Shown: positions 12,207 to 24,263, numbered from the whole stretch's first letter. The stretch: DNA of 63,658 bases, filler included, from Octopus bimaculoides (GCF_001194135.2; 10 parts of 8 records of this genome joined end to end with filler, not necessarily neighbours in it), one strand, 5' to 3'. Notes: generated by a model not told the origin, from the sequence alone. A program made the numbers and translations.

Positions 12207-13907
12207 CATCTATCTATCCATCTATCTATTGTCTATTTATCTACCTTTTTAATTGACTGTCTGTCTCTCTATCCACCTACTAACCTATATGCCTGTTTCT
12301 CAATCAATCTACCATGTACCCCACTCAACACGCAAATGCATACGCCTACCCATGTATGTCCATACATGTGTGTGTGCGTGTTTTGTGTGTATATCTGTGT
12401 GTGTGTGCATCTGAGTGTGAATATCCTCTTATATGCATACTAGCCCGACCACGCTATCCTTTTACATTAACTTTATATCATTGTATCGTATATTTCTATA
12501 GTGTACATTCACATGTAGACACATGACATACATATAGGGTGAATGCTAGTGAGACATGAGGCATGAAGGAAATTTGAACGTCAATAGTTGAAAACGTAAA
12601 ACAGAGCTATTAAATGAAATTATGTTAAAAGAACGTGCTTTTAGAAATTGAAAAATTACTACCTAAATACAGCAATAAATTTCAGTACACACACACACAC
12701 ACACACACAAACATACACATACTTCGATATATTTTAATAGTATTCGTTACTAAACACTATATCATTGTAAATACCATTATCCTATCTACGTTTATGTATA
12801 GTGAAAATTTGTCCCCATCTCATTCACATTATTGTCAACCTTTTGATGCAAACCAAAAGAAAGAGGCGTATTGTTTGTTTATATTTAACATGCAACTTCA
12901 TAATAAATTATTGTTATATATCAAATGAAAGTAAAACAAAACAAACCGACATATCGATATTAAATCGCAAAGTTATCATAGTATTACTTATGTTGAAAAG
13001 AAAAATTCTAAAAGAATATTTACCGTTGCCAAAGCAATAGTCATACCTAGACTATTTTGCCTCCCAACCCGAATTTGTTTCCTCATAACTTCCGGAAAAA
13101 TGTTTTCTTCTTTAAATGAAATTTTCTACATATACGCTTTAGACAGTTTAAATTCTGATTATATCAGAATTTATTTTCAATTTTTTTCTAAAGGGTGGAG
13201 AAAGGAGTTTCAGAAAATTCACATGTGTCGGTATTGTTTCTTCATAACTGTATTTTTTAATGAATTTATATACAAATGCCCTTTGGATTCTGTTACTTAG
13301 GATTATATAGGAATTTTGTGTGAAAAAAAGGCGAACACGCACACATATATACTGATACACATAACATTTGTTTTAGAAATTTCAAGTTTGATTTTGTAGA
13401 TATTTGAAATGCGTATCAGTATGTATGTGTGCATGCTCACCATTTTTCTTTTCATATCAAATTCTGATATAATCGTAATTTACAAATTCTGAAAGGCATC
13501 TGTACAAAATTTTATTTTAAAATACCCACATTTCTGAAAGGTGTACGGAAACAGATATGATTATCTGAAACTCTTATTTCCATTCTCAGAAACAAATTTT
13601 CACAATAAATTCTGATATAATCAAGATCAATCTACACAATTTCAATGGTATTTGTACGAAATTTAATTAAAAAACATATTTCTTTCTGGACGTAATGAGG
13701 AAACAAAGTCGGGGGCGCAATTGTATAGATATGACCATGCAATGTTTGCCAAGCAGAAATTCAATTCAAATATTAGTTCAAATGATACATTATTTTTGTT
13801 TGTGTATGAGCATAATATACGGTCCGGCCATGACCACTTCACTCCAGGCTGGGCCAATATATTGGTGTGTATATATGAATGGAAATCCACAATAAATATC
13901 GAATGTA

Positions 13908-13956
<49 letters not shown>

Positions 13957-14148
13957 GCATGGCTCCCTAATTAGAGCGTCGAGCTCGCAATCATAAAGTA
14001 GTGAGTTTGATCCCCGGACCAGACTGTGTGCTGTGTTTTTGAAACCATGTAGTTGCTAAGAGAGTTTCTTAACCACACACCTATGCCTGCACTTATCTTA
14101 TAAATTCTTAAATCGATGATTCAGATATATCCAGAATTACATACTTAC

Positions 14149-14262
14149 TTCCCTCATCTTATGTGAAGTAAAAGAAGGATTCAGTACAGTGCGTAGATAT
14201 TTCCAATGATCATTTTTGGCTGATGTAAGTGCAAAATTATGGATTTCATCTCCTTCAAATCG
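14149..14262 (-). CDS. CYP3A-like exon 5: RFEGDEIHNFALTSAKNDHWKYLRTVLNPSFTSHKMRE
   Basis: ttctcag acceptor, GTAAGT donor, 114 bp. Helix C WxxxR motif (WKYLR) followed by P.FTS.K. Confidence 0.93.
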
Positions 14263-14293
14263 CTGAGAAAGGATAATAATAATAATAATAATG

Positions 14294-14352
<59 letters not shown>

Positions 14353-14353
<1 letters not shown>

Positions 14354-14915
14354 GCATGGATGTGATGGATATGCTACAGACGAATACTGAACTGTTAGCC
14401 TTAAGAAGCTACGTTACGAGCAATGTTTTTTTATGCAAAGAACTCGGAGGCAGGGGTTGTCTTAAAATATTAACCCTAAACAGACAAATCCGTCCCCTAA
14501 TGTCAACGTTCAAGCTCATCATGCCTCAGTGATACCAAAGCAAAATACAAACTGATTCTGCTGTCACCCGGAACACCAAGGACCGCGTACTGGAATGATG
14601 AACCAGATTCGACTCGAAATATCAGCTACTGGTTCAAAGTCTTCTCGAAATACAAGAGCTGGAAGTACCCCACAACCGGAATATTTCAACAGATGGCCAC
14701 CCACACTCGTCATCAAATAACCAAAAGAAAAAGAATGAAAAATGATCTAGGGGAGATAATAAAGAGGTTCGTACGGCTTTCTATCATACCATATATTCCC
14801 CACAAGTAAATCTAATATTGTACAAACCTACTTAAACTGGAGACAGAACCACCTTGAAGTAAGACCCTACATAGACAGTAACAAACTTGCCAACGTCAGA
14901 AAAGAGTTCATCATT
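14353..14915 (+). mobile_element. 5' portion of an R4/Dong-type element, decayed
   Basis: Starts right after (TAA)n. Broken reading REDNKEVRTAFYHTI...TYLNWRQNHLEVRPYIDSNKLANVRK resembles the R4-clade ORF N-terminus. Confidence 0.55.
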
Positions 14916-15000
14916 TAAGTATATATGAAGATGTCTAGACATACAACTATATGCATGAGAGTACATACATAAAACAAAACATACAAATCCTCACTTATAC

Positions 15001-15084
15001 ATACATACAAACAGACATACATACAAACAGACATACATACAAACAGACATACATACAAACAGACATACATACAAACAGACATAC
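15001..15084 (+). repeat. 16-bp minisatellite (ATACATACAAACAGAC)n
   Basis: About 5 tandem copies. Confidence 0.9.
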
Positions 15085-15937
15085 ATACATACATCATACA
15101 ATAAACGAGCCTTGGAACTAGATTAGAAAGTGACTCTTTGTCAGTTGGTAATAAATCTTGAAATAAAACTAAACAATGACATACATACACACCCTGAACA
15201 CGAAAATAGTAAGAAAAATACAAGAGAAAGAGAATATCTATTGACCATTGATAAGGAGCTTTTTGGGGTGGGCGCTAGTCGATTAGATCGACCCCAGTGC
15301 GCAACTGGTACTTAATTTATCGACCCTAGAAGAATGAACGACAAAGTCGACCTCGACGGAATTCGAACTCAGAACGTAAGGACAGACGAAATACCGCGAA
15401 GCATTTCGCCCGGCGTGCTTACGCTTCTGCCAGCTCGCCACCATGCTGAACTCTGAATATTGGAAAAAGAATGCAAATACCTATTCCATGCGCTACAAAT
15501 GATCATGATTTCTAGGTCTATAAAAATCTGCAAGGCTTTGAGATTTAGAGAATGATTGTTAAATCAAGATATTTTACTTCCTAACCTTGCTACCAAGAAG
15601 GTCACCGGTCAAAATTTACGCTAAATTAAAAAGAGAAATGGGCCATACATGCACACATGCTTACATATATATATTATATTTAAAAGGAGATTTCAGGTAG
15701 GTTCAATAATTTAGATTAGTAAAACAACATATTCTCAGCCATAAAAACTTGTATGCAAATTATTAAAATATATTTGATATATCACTCGTTGAAATATTGA
15801 AAAATATTAAAAATTTACAGATACTTAAATATATAAAAATATAATATACATATGTGTGTAGAATAAAAAACTATATTAATGTACGAAAATATATTAGCAT
15901 CTTAAATACATACATACATACATACGAACGTACGTAC

Positions 15938-15977
<40 letters not shown>

Positions 15978-16050
15978 CAACAATATCTTAAAATGTACAA
16001 TTCAAACAAGTGAATGGAAAAGAAAGAAGATAAAAGATTATATTACTTAC

Positions 16051-16147
16051 TGTTCGATTGACAAAGTTTGAAAATCTTTTGACTAAAACTTCTTGGATAA
16101 ATTCTGGATCACTTACAACACAATTTGGAACTACTCCAAAGTACATA
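16051..16147 (-). CDS. CYP3A-like exon 4: MYFGVVPNCVVSDPEFIQEVLVKRFSNFVNRT
   Basis: ggcag acceptor, GTAAGT donor, 97 bp. Contains the xDPexikxVLVK..F.NR motif of CYP3. Confidence 0.92.
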
Positions 16148-17399
16148 CTGCCAAAAACAGAAATATTGTTTCAGAAATGAAATAATCTATGATAGTGATA
16201 AATATACATCATTATTACTATTGTTGTTTGCTGATCTCTAGTTAATTCTGCGCTATCAAAGATTTTTCAAATATATAACTGTCTTATATTTTTGAAAACA
16301 TGATGGATTAAAAATTACATTGTTCTTTACAGGTCAGAAACATGGAGAATGTACAAAGCTATGGATTAAAATACAGAAGCGTTTGAAATGTGGATCTGTA
16401 GCAGATTGGACAGGATGAGCTGGAAATACAGGGAAACAAATGCTGCTGTAATAGAAAAGCTGAAAATCTAAAGACACCTTTTGTTGTGAATCAGGTTCAT
16501 AAACTGTTGTGTCAACGACCTCAAGCGAAGAAGTAGGCTCGACCAAGATATATAAGCAGAGGTGGTCTGACCGTGGTAGGAGTTGACTGACAATTGAGTA
16601 GCTGTCGTGTAGCGGTTGAGCACAGATCATCCGAAGGTGCTAGATGTTCAAAATTCTGCTGAGGTCGACTTTGCTTTTCATCCTTTTGGGGTCGATAAAT
16701 TAAGTATCAGTGCTTATGGTAAAAAGGATCATTATTTTAACCTTAGGTCAAGCAGATGAGTATAAACATTAAAGAGTATCGGTATAAATGACTTGCAGTA
16801 TATGTTCCAAGTCCTTAGAGTTTTGATTTTAAATCCTGACAAAGTCAAATCTGTTCTTTTTTAACCCTGTCGGGTCGATAAAATAACGTACAAGTCAAGA
16901 ACAGGAGTTGATTGTTTTGACTGATCCCATACCATGAAACTTTCTGACATCCTTACAAACTAGTAAATTTCTTAGGATATCGGAATAAATGCCTTGTGAT
17001 TTTTGTTGTAGATCTGAGTTCAAAGCCTGCTGAGGCCAACTTTGCTCTTCATCCCCCAGGAGTTGATGAAATAAAGTCCCAGTCAAGTACTTCTCAACCC
17101 ACTTGTACCTTAATAAAACACAGTTCCGTTGTGGCTTAATAAAACACAGTTACTTTAACCCTAGGACAAGTTACTCTAACCCTAGGTCAAGGAATTTCAC
17201 TGGCAGGATTGTTAGAGCATCAGAAAGAAGTGTTGTAGTATACGTTTTATCCCTTTATTTTTTGAGTTCAAATCCTGTCATGGTCAGCTTTGACTTTCAA
17301 CCTTCTGGGGTTGATGAAACAACGTATAAGTTAAGTACTAAGGTTGATTTTTGCACAGCACGGTGAGTGGGGTCTAATTTTGGGGATCATAGAACAGCC

Positions 17400-17740
17400 A
17401 AGGTCCTATATAAATAGGAGCAGATGATACAAGCTTTGCATAACATAGCGGGCAAGGATCCTTAAAGACTCATTGGACCCGGGGTTTCTCATAAACTCAT
17501 GATGCAAGATCATTAACTCGTACCCCCATTTCAAAAGTGTGGGATTCCCACTTCGTCCATTAGAATATTATACTTTTGTTTACAAATTAACTGACTGTAA
17601 CGCTTTTCTAACTCTAGTTAGAGTCAGAAGAGTCGTCCATAAAGTTAAGCCCTTTATGGATACGAAACCATTAGTCACACTGTGACCGGTTGTATATTTA
17701 ACTTCATGTAAATACTGCTCTGACTTTTGGAGTGTGCTTC
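17400..17740 (+). mobile_element. Small Penelope-like remnant (PLRP motif) followed by a pLTR-like segment
   Basis: Reading KSVGFPLRPL at about 17533-17562 resembles the PLE HK.G.PLRPI motif. A hammerhead-like relic follows at 17625-17691. Confidence 0.35.
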
Positions 17741-17806
17741 TTTGGAGATATATGTTCCACTGCCGATTTATTTATGTGTGTGCGTGCGTGTGTGTGTGTG
17801 TGTGTG

Positions 17807-17838
<32 letters not shown>

Positions 17839-18012
17839 CGTGTGCGTGTGGCGTGTGTACGTGCACCTGTGTGAGTGTGTGTACGCTGTACCTGCCTATT
17901 TTCATAGGTCTGTGCCTTGAATTTCACAACTCATCTCCGTCCTCACCGCCAGTGTGAAACTATTCTGCTAAACCCTTCTCGATTACCTTAGTCACAAAGA
18001 AATCATTCTTAC

Positions 18013-18065
18013 CCATATACGTCACCATAGATTTCCCTCCAGTATTTGAATACTTTAGTAAAACC
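18013..18065 (-). CDS. CYP3A-like exon 3: GFTKVFKYWREIYGDVYG
   Basis: ttttcag acceptor, GTAAGA donor, 53 bp. Matches the CYP3 KYGxVxG segment and phase is compatible with both neighbours. Confidence 0.9.
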
Positions 18066-18788
18066 CTGAAAATATTAAAGTATAAATAAACAACTTTAAT
18101 AACATCAATGATTCTGGGACGGTATATAGCTCAATGGTTAGGCATGTTGCACTCACAATCATGAGATCATGGTTTCAATTCCCAGACTGGCTGTGCATTG
18201 TGTTCTTGCGTAAAACTCTTCATTTTACGTTCTTCAGTCCCCTCATATATATATAACCCAGAATTATGTAGCTGGGAAGCAAACTTCTTACCACACAGAA
18301 AGCATAAAAGATGCATGTGCATATAAGATGCACCACAATTTCAGCAGAAAAAAGATTTTAATCAATTAAATTTTATGGAAGGCCCACTTTTGCATTTGGG
18401 ACCCGCGTTGATTTTATTTAGATATTTATTTGGCAAAAGAAAAAAACGGTTTGTCTTATACGCTATCGATGTACAATGTGTCTTTTTCCTTTTAAAAAGA
18501 ATTTTCTTTCACTTTGTCATTTATAATCTCATTTATATTTATGACATTCTAAATGAGTATTAAATACTGGATTGGTATTATATTTTATTGACCCTGGGAG
18601 GTTAAGAAATAGAGTTTTCTTGTATTCTCTTGTATTCTACCGCAATTCCATTCACGTCTCGGATGCTTTACAAGTTACACTCCAGAAGGTTTGAGACGTT
18701 TTTAAGGGAGGCAGTTATATCCGCCCTAGATTACTTTGATTTTAATATATCATTACTACATATCTAATAAGCTCTCCTGCGTTGAAAG

Positions 18789-19652
18789 GTGATGAAGAGG
18801 AGGGGGTGTTACAGAACGTTATCCACGTCCTCTAAAATGATAGAGGTTGCCCCAATAGAGGTAATAGAGGAGTGCTTCAAGGACGTAAAGGAACTTACCA
18901 CATTTTATACAAGTGGAAGGAAGTACGGCACAGTGGAAGTAAGATTTGGCAACGAAGAAGACACGATAAACCACTCCACTGTGCCGATAAGAACACCGGA
19001 ATGGGTACTTCTGTCGACTTACTGTGGAAGACGCGTCACCAGAGTAAGGATTGGCAGAGTACCCCACGAGATTAAGGAAGCATCGCTGGTGGCAGCAATC
19101 ATGCAGAGAATGGAGGATGAAGTAAAAATCTTAAAGATTACGAGAACCAAAAAGGTTAATTGCTGGGGATATGGCCTCGAGATGGCCATACAAGTGAGCC
19201 TTGTAAAAGACTTGTACGAGATCACAGAGGAGATCATTCTCCCGGAAGACGTCAGACAAAGAGTAGTAGTGGAAGGAAAACCACCAACATGTTTCTTATG
19301 TGATCAAAAGGGGCACATGAAAGCAAGGTGCCTCCAGAAAGAAAACGAAAAGGAGGAGCAAAAACAACAGAGTGAAGAACAGAGTACCGAAGTGGTGGTA
19401 TCGGAAGGAGAGAAAGATAGAGAGGAGGAATCATTGACAGTTGTGAATAGGAGGAAAAAGAAAGAGCGGGTGAGCTCTCCATCAGAGAGCCAGAAAAGAA
19501 TGAAGGTGATTGAGATGGAGGAGAAAAGGAACAGGTTCGAGACACCAGCAGAATCAACAATGGAAGGTAGAGTCGAAGCAGAAACATCATTGCAACATGA
19601 TGTGGAAGGCTTAGACGTTGAGGCTTGCATAGTTTATTCCCAGGGTGCTTAG
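18789..19652 (+). mobile_element. L1/Tx1-type LINE ORF1 (gag-like) with CCHC zinc knuckle, antisense in CYP intron 2
   Basis: 287-aa ORF with RRM-like N-terminus, CFLCDQKGHMKARC knuckle and an E/K-rich tail. No splice signals. Confidence 0.82.
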
Positions 19653-19679
19653 TGACGTACAGAAGGAAAGGTGCAGTGG

Positions 19680-19985
19680 TGACTGCAGGGATGGTGGAAC
19701 TGATTCCATTCAATCCAAGAGTGCTTGAGTTTCTGATGACCTGTGACTAAAGCTGGATCTACTGTTATGATCCAGAGGCCAAGAGACAGAGTGCCCAATT
19801 GAAGCATCTTAGCACTCTCAGACCCCGTAACACCACGTAAAGCAAGTCCATCAGGAAGCCCTTGATGATCTCATTTATCAACAGCAAGAGCATCATCTAT
19901 ATACACTGGGTTCTTTCTGGTCAGATGATGAAACATAGTACTTTGTGGAGGTTTTGATGAAATTCAGGAAGAGATTTGATCGCAA
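19680..19985 (+). mobile_element. mariner transposase fragment
   Basis: Reading LEFLMTCD*SWIYCYDPEAKRQSAQLKH matches the mariner TGDESW..YDPETK.QS..W motif. Confidence 0.8.
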
Positions 19986-20056
19986 AAATCTAGACGTATT
20001 CCACTCAAGTCTGATGCAAGGAAAACTGAAACAAGAAAAAATAAAAATGAATTTAC

Positions 20057-20153
20057 CAGTTTCGTTATCTCCATCAAGTTTCCTAAATGAGAAATAGGTT
20101 CGGGACCAGAGAGACCGAGTCTTTTGAAATATGAAAAGTTTCTTCTTCCAAAC
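20057..20153 (-). CDS. Cytochrome P450 clan 3 (CYP3A-like), exon equivalent to CYP3A exon 2: FGRRNFSYFKRLGLSGPEPISHLGNLMEITKL
   Basis: Flanked by ttag acceptor and GTAAAT donor, 97 bp. Carries the proline-rich hinge (GPEP..LGN) that follows the P450 membrane anchor. In frame with the next exon. Confidence 0.9.
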
Positions 20154-20276
20154 CTAACAAAGAAAAGAAAAAGAAAATACATTTATAATGATGGTTTTTT
20201 TAATGACCACAATGACCTCTTACATGCATGTGTGCATATATATTATTATCATCCTCATCATCATTATTATTATTAA

Positions 20277-20331
<55 letters not shown>

Positions 20332-20397
20332 GTTGTTGTTGTTGTTGTTATTGTTGCTGTTATTTGAGACGGCGAGGTGGCAAAATCGCTAAAACGA

Positions 20398-20857
20398 TTA
20401 GAAATAATACATTTCTAAATCTCTCAGAGAGATTTATGCAGTAGTGATGCGATGAAATAGTTGTATGCTGTCAACTTAATGTGACAGTACCCTGAAGGGA
20501 ATAATACTACTGTTGGATAGACGTATGAAGTTATACCGCTTCCTGTCGACTTTGACACATTTCCTGTGTCCGTATGTTTACAAAGGGAAGACAAGCACTT
20601 CCACTCAGCTAAGCCTGCATCCAGAGACATGTTTCTGAGTCTCTGCTCGTCATCAGTCTGGAGTAGCATGACCTACTAGTAGGATATGCCTGACAAGCTC
20701 TTGTAAACATATAATAATTCTAGTGAAATGCATTCACTGATTTCAAATTTTAGAAATAATACATTTTTAAATCTCTCGGAGAGATTTATGCAGTAGTGAT
20801 ACGATGAAGTAGTTGTATGCTGTCAACTTAATGTGACAGTCCCCTGAAGGGAATAAT
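20398..20857 (-). mobile_element. Retrozyme-like non-coding element: 352-bp unit plus 108-bp terminal direct repeat, containing a hammerhead
   Basis: 20398-20505 and 20750-20857 differ at 5 of 108 positions. Hammerhead at 20620-20662 and no recognisable protein domain. Confidence 0.6.
20620..20662 (-). ncRNA. Type I minimal hammerhead ribozyme (predicted)
   Basis: TCCAGA-CTGATGA-cGAGcagagaCTCa-GAAA-CATG-TC-TCTGGA. Perfect 6-bp stem I, intact core, palindromic ACATGT helix III and GUC site. The 10.1-11.1 pair is C/A. Confidence 0.72.
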
Positions 20858-20889
20858 GATGATGATGATGATGATAATAATAATATGTA

Positions 20890-22520
20890 TGTACATATGT
20901 ATGTAAAGAGGCCCCTGTGGTCATTAAAAACACCATCATTATGAATGTATTTTATGAGTTTGTTTTAAAATTTGAGATTACATAGACAGTATTTTATGTA
21001 TGATATGGGCCTTTCCCGTGAGCACTATCTTTTGAATTTCTGCCTTTTGGGATTTTCCTGGTACCTGATCTAGGTAGCAATCAGCTATCATTCATAGGGC
21101 ACTATGACAACAGGTATTGTTTTAGTCTTGAGGTTCCACATTTTGTTAATTTCTATTTCAAGATATTTATACTTGCTGAGTTTTGGTGGGTCTTGACAGA
21201 TAGGTTTATATTGATTGGGACAACCATATCAATGAGAGGGCATGATTTTTGTCTGAAGTCCTTCAATATTATGCCTGGCCTATTCACATCTATATTTCTG
21301 TCAGTTTGAATGGTGAAGTTCCAGAGGAGTGAGATGTGATGATTTTCAAGCACTGGAGGTGGTTTGTGTTCCCACCAGTTTTTATCACGTGGCAGGTCCA
21401 GGTTTTTGCAAATATATTGTGGTTTTCTGTCATCCCTGTTGAGATACTCTGTTGGCACAAGAAGACTGCACTTGGAGACAACATGATCAATAGTTTCATT
21501 TTGTTGTTGATATACACGACATGTTGGACTGCTGCCAGGTAGTTTCTTGTAGGTAGGCATTGATCATGGGCTGCTATGATAAACCCTTCTGTTTCTGATT
21601 TTAAGCTAGAAGCCATTAACCATTGATGGGTAAGGGCTTTGTCAACATCGGCACTATTAGCTCTCTTTGGGTATTAGTCATTGAGAGGTTTTTCTTGCCA
21701 TTTTTCAGAAAGAATATATAAGGCAGCAGTTTTAGCATGGGTTTTCATACACTTAGGTTTTTCTTTGCTTGATTCTAGTACTCTAATTCCGGAATTTGTT
21801 GTATTTGGAATTCACTCAGATATTCCTTCGCCTATTTTGTTACTGAGTATGATGCTTTCTTGTTTTCATGTTTTGAGACAAGTTTTAACATCCTGTCCTC
21901 AGAGTTTTTCAGGTAGATATCTAGGCAAATTGTGGCAATCTTCATTGTTGATCCCAGCTGTAAAAGTTCACGGACTCCCTCTTTTCTTGGCCGATAAAGT
22001 TGTTCTATATCTGCCTTAGGGTTGGTGCATTCTATATCTGCCTTAGGGTTGGTGCATTAGGGTTGGTGCATTGTCAACAATTTTCATATTTTTCTGTCAA
22101 GATTATATATTTCAGTATTTGACCAGTTAAAGATATTGAAACTGTAAGTCACGACTGGTATGGCTAAAGTATTGATCACTTCGATCCTTTTTCTTGCATT
22201 TAGCTCTGTCTTCAGTATTGCGCTTACCCTGCGATAACTTTCTCTTCTTATCCTTTCTCACATCACTGGATGTTTGATTCCGTCTGGTTCTAAATCCTTT
22301 ATGATATTCTGCTGTTCAAGGTTAACGTTATATGTTTCTGTCATTTTGCCCTCGATAAAGATAGCTTTTACACATTTATCGAGGCCAAATTGCATCCTAG
22401 TATCATTACTGAAGTGTTTAAAAATAGCTAGTAAGCCCTGCTGTTCTTTGTCATTTTTTGCAAAGAGCTTTGAATGAGCCATGTAAATGAGATGATTTAT
22501 ATTTTTATCACACATTTTTA
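20890..22520 (-). mobile_element. R4/Dong-type non-LTR element, rearranged 3' half
   Basis: RT (FSNDTRMQFGLDKC), SLKSETEGFIIAAHDQ, ETIDHVVSKC and the restriction-like endonuclease segment LLWNFTIQTDRNIDVNRPGI. Bounded by TAA/TGA arrays. Confidence 0.87.
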
Positions 22521-22532
22521 TCATTATTATTA

Positions 22533-22598
<66 letters not shown>

Positions 22599-22819
22599 CA
22601 TCATCATCATCATCATCACCATTGCATTGTAAAATAATTTACGTAACGCTTCACGAAGGTGAATAGACAATTCGAAGAGCGTGATAGATATTTTATTAAT
22701 NNNNNNNNNNNNNNNNNNNNNNNNNNNNNNNNNNNNNNNNNNNNTTAATTAATTAANNNNNNNNNNNNNNNNNNNNNNNNNNNNNNNNNNNNNNNNNNNN
22801 ATATATATATATATATATA

Positions 22820-23625
22820 TACAGGGTCTTTCAAATAAATCGCGATCAATTTTAAACAGTTGACTTAGTGGGTTTAACATTTCATATTTTGACAAAACCT
22901 TGCTTGCTTGAAATCCTCCTCCTTATTTTTCAGGTAAATAGCAAATAGGCTCGGCAACAAAGTCATGGAATAACAGAATCGTTCTACCATTGTTGTTTTG
23001 GCGCGCGCCGGGCACACTGCCAATAAAATTGTTAAGTTGACGAATCTGCCAAAAGCAACAGTTTAAAGAAGATGGAAAGATTGATAGAAAAGAACCCAAA
23101 ACTCGAAGTGATTCCAAGTGCAATTCAAAGTTTCTCGCTGTCCTCAAACACTCAATTGAAGCCAACCCATCCACATCCATGACAACTCTTGCAAAGAAAT
23201 GCAATGTGTCCCTTCCATGGTATTCAGAGTAGTGAACAGGAACCTTGGCATGACTAGCTATGTTCGACGACACTGTCACCTCCTAACAGCCAAGGCCAAA
23301 GTACTGAGAGCCAACAGATACCCAAAGCTCATGTCATTCATCAAGCATCAAGGTGCAAGAAAAGCGGTCGTGTTTGTGGACGCTGTGCTCACTGAGGTGA
23401 ATCGTAGAAGTTCTCGAGTGATTGCATATAACACCTCTGACGTCCCCCCCTCCTATGTATTTGAGATTAAAAATCCTGCCTCTGTGATGGTATTTGGAGC
23501 CATGGCGAGTGATGGACGTGTCAGGATCCACACTTCATTGAGTCTGGCTTGAAGATCGGCATAAAGGAGTATCTGGACATCCTGAAGAACCCTCTATTAC
23601 CTTGGATGGAGCAGAAGTTTGCTCC
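22820..23625 (+). mobile_element. Tc1/mariner-superfamily (maT/DD37D-like) transposon, 5' two-thirds
   Basis: Begins TA|CAGGGT. Broken ORF includes IEANPSTSMTTLAKK, KNPASVMVFGAMASDG and GLKIGIKEYLDILK. Confidence 0.78.
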
Positions 23626-23872
23626 TATGACATACATATGGGAGACATCTAGGAGCATTTTGGAAAGACTAAATGAACATTTGAGACAATATGACGACGA
23701 AAAACAGTCCTCCATACTCTATCAACATGCCAAGGACCAACATGGAGGCAACCGGGGGCAACTTGACATCCGCATTTTATCCAAGCACCCAAAGGACTCA
23801 ACCCTCAGACAAATACAAGAGTACGTCCTCATAAATGAAGCATCCCCAGTACTACATAGGAAATATGCGTAG
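23626..23872 (+). mobile_element. GIY-YIG endonuclease C-terminal half from a Penelope-like element
   Basis: YIWETSRSILERLNEH...RQIQEYVLINEASPVLHRK fits YIGET.R....R..EH...R.I.E...I....P.LN. Confidence 0.8.
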
Positions 23873-24229
23873 TAGATAATCATACCCCCATACCCACAGT
23901 TTATATTTATATACAAGTAGAATAAGTTAGTAGGCTGTTATGTAGATGTATATATATGTGTGTGTATGCATATGTATATGCACATATATGTAGGCAAATG
24001 GATATGAATTTAAACAGATATACATACAGGCGGATAGGTACACAGGTAATATGAACAGACAAGCACACATCCACACACACACACACATCCACACACACAC
24101 ATCCACACATATGGAGATACACATCGATACATACAAATGTAAACACATACATGCATATATAAATACATGCATACATGCATACATGCACACACACGTACAT
24201 ACATGCATAAACACACTTACATGCATGCA

Positions 24230-24263
<34 letters not shown>

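Noticed and set aside
16334-16494. Exon-like segment after TTCTTTACAG on the plus strand
   Set aside because: Stops in all three frames and no homology recognised.
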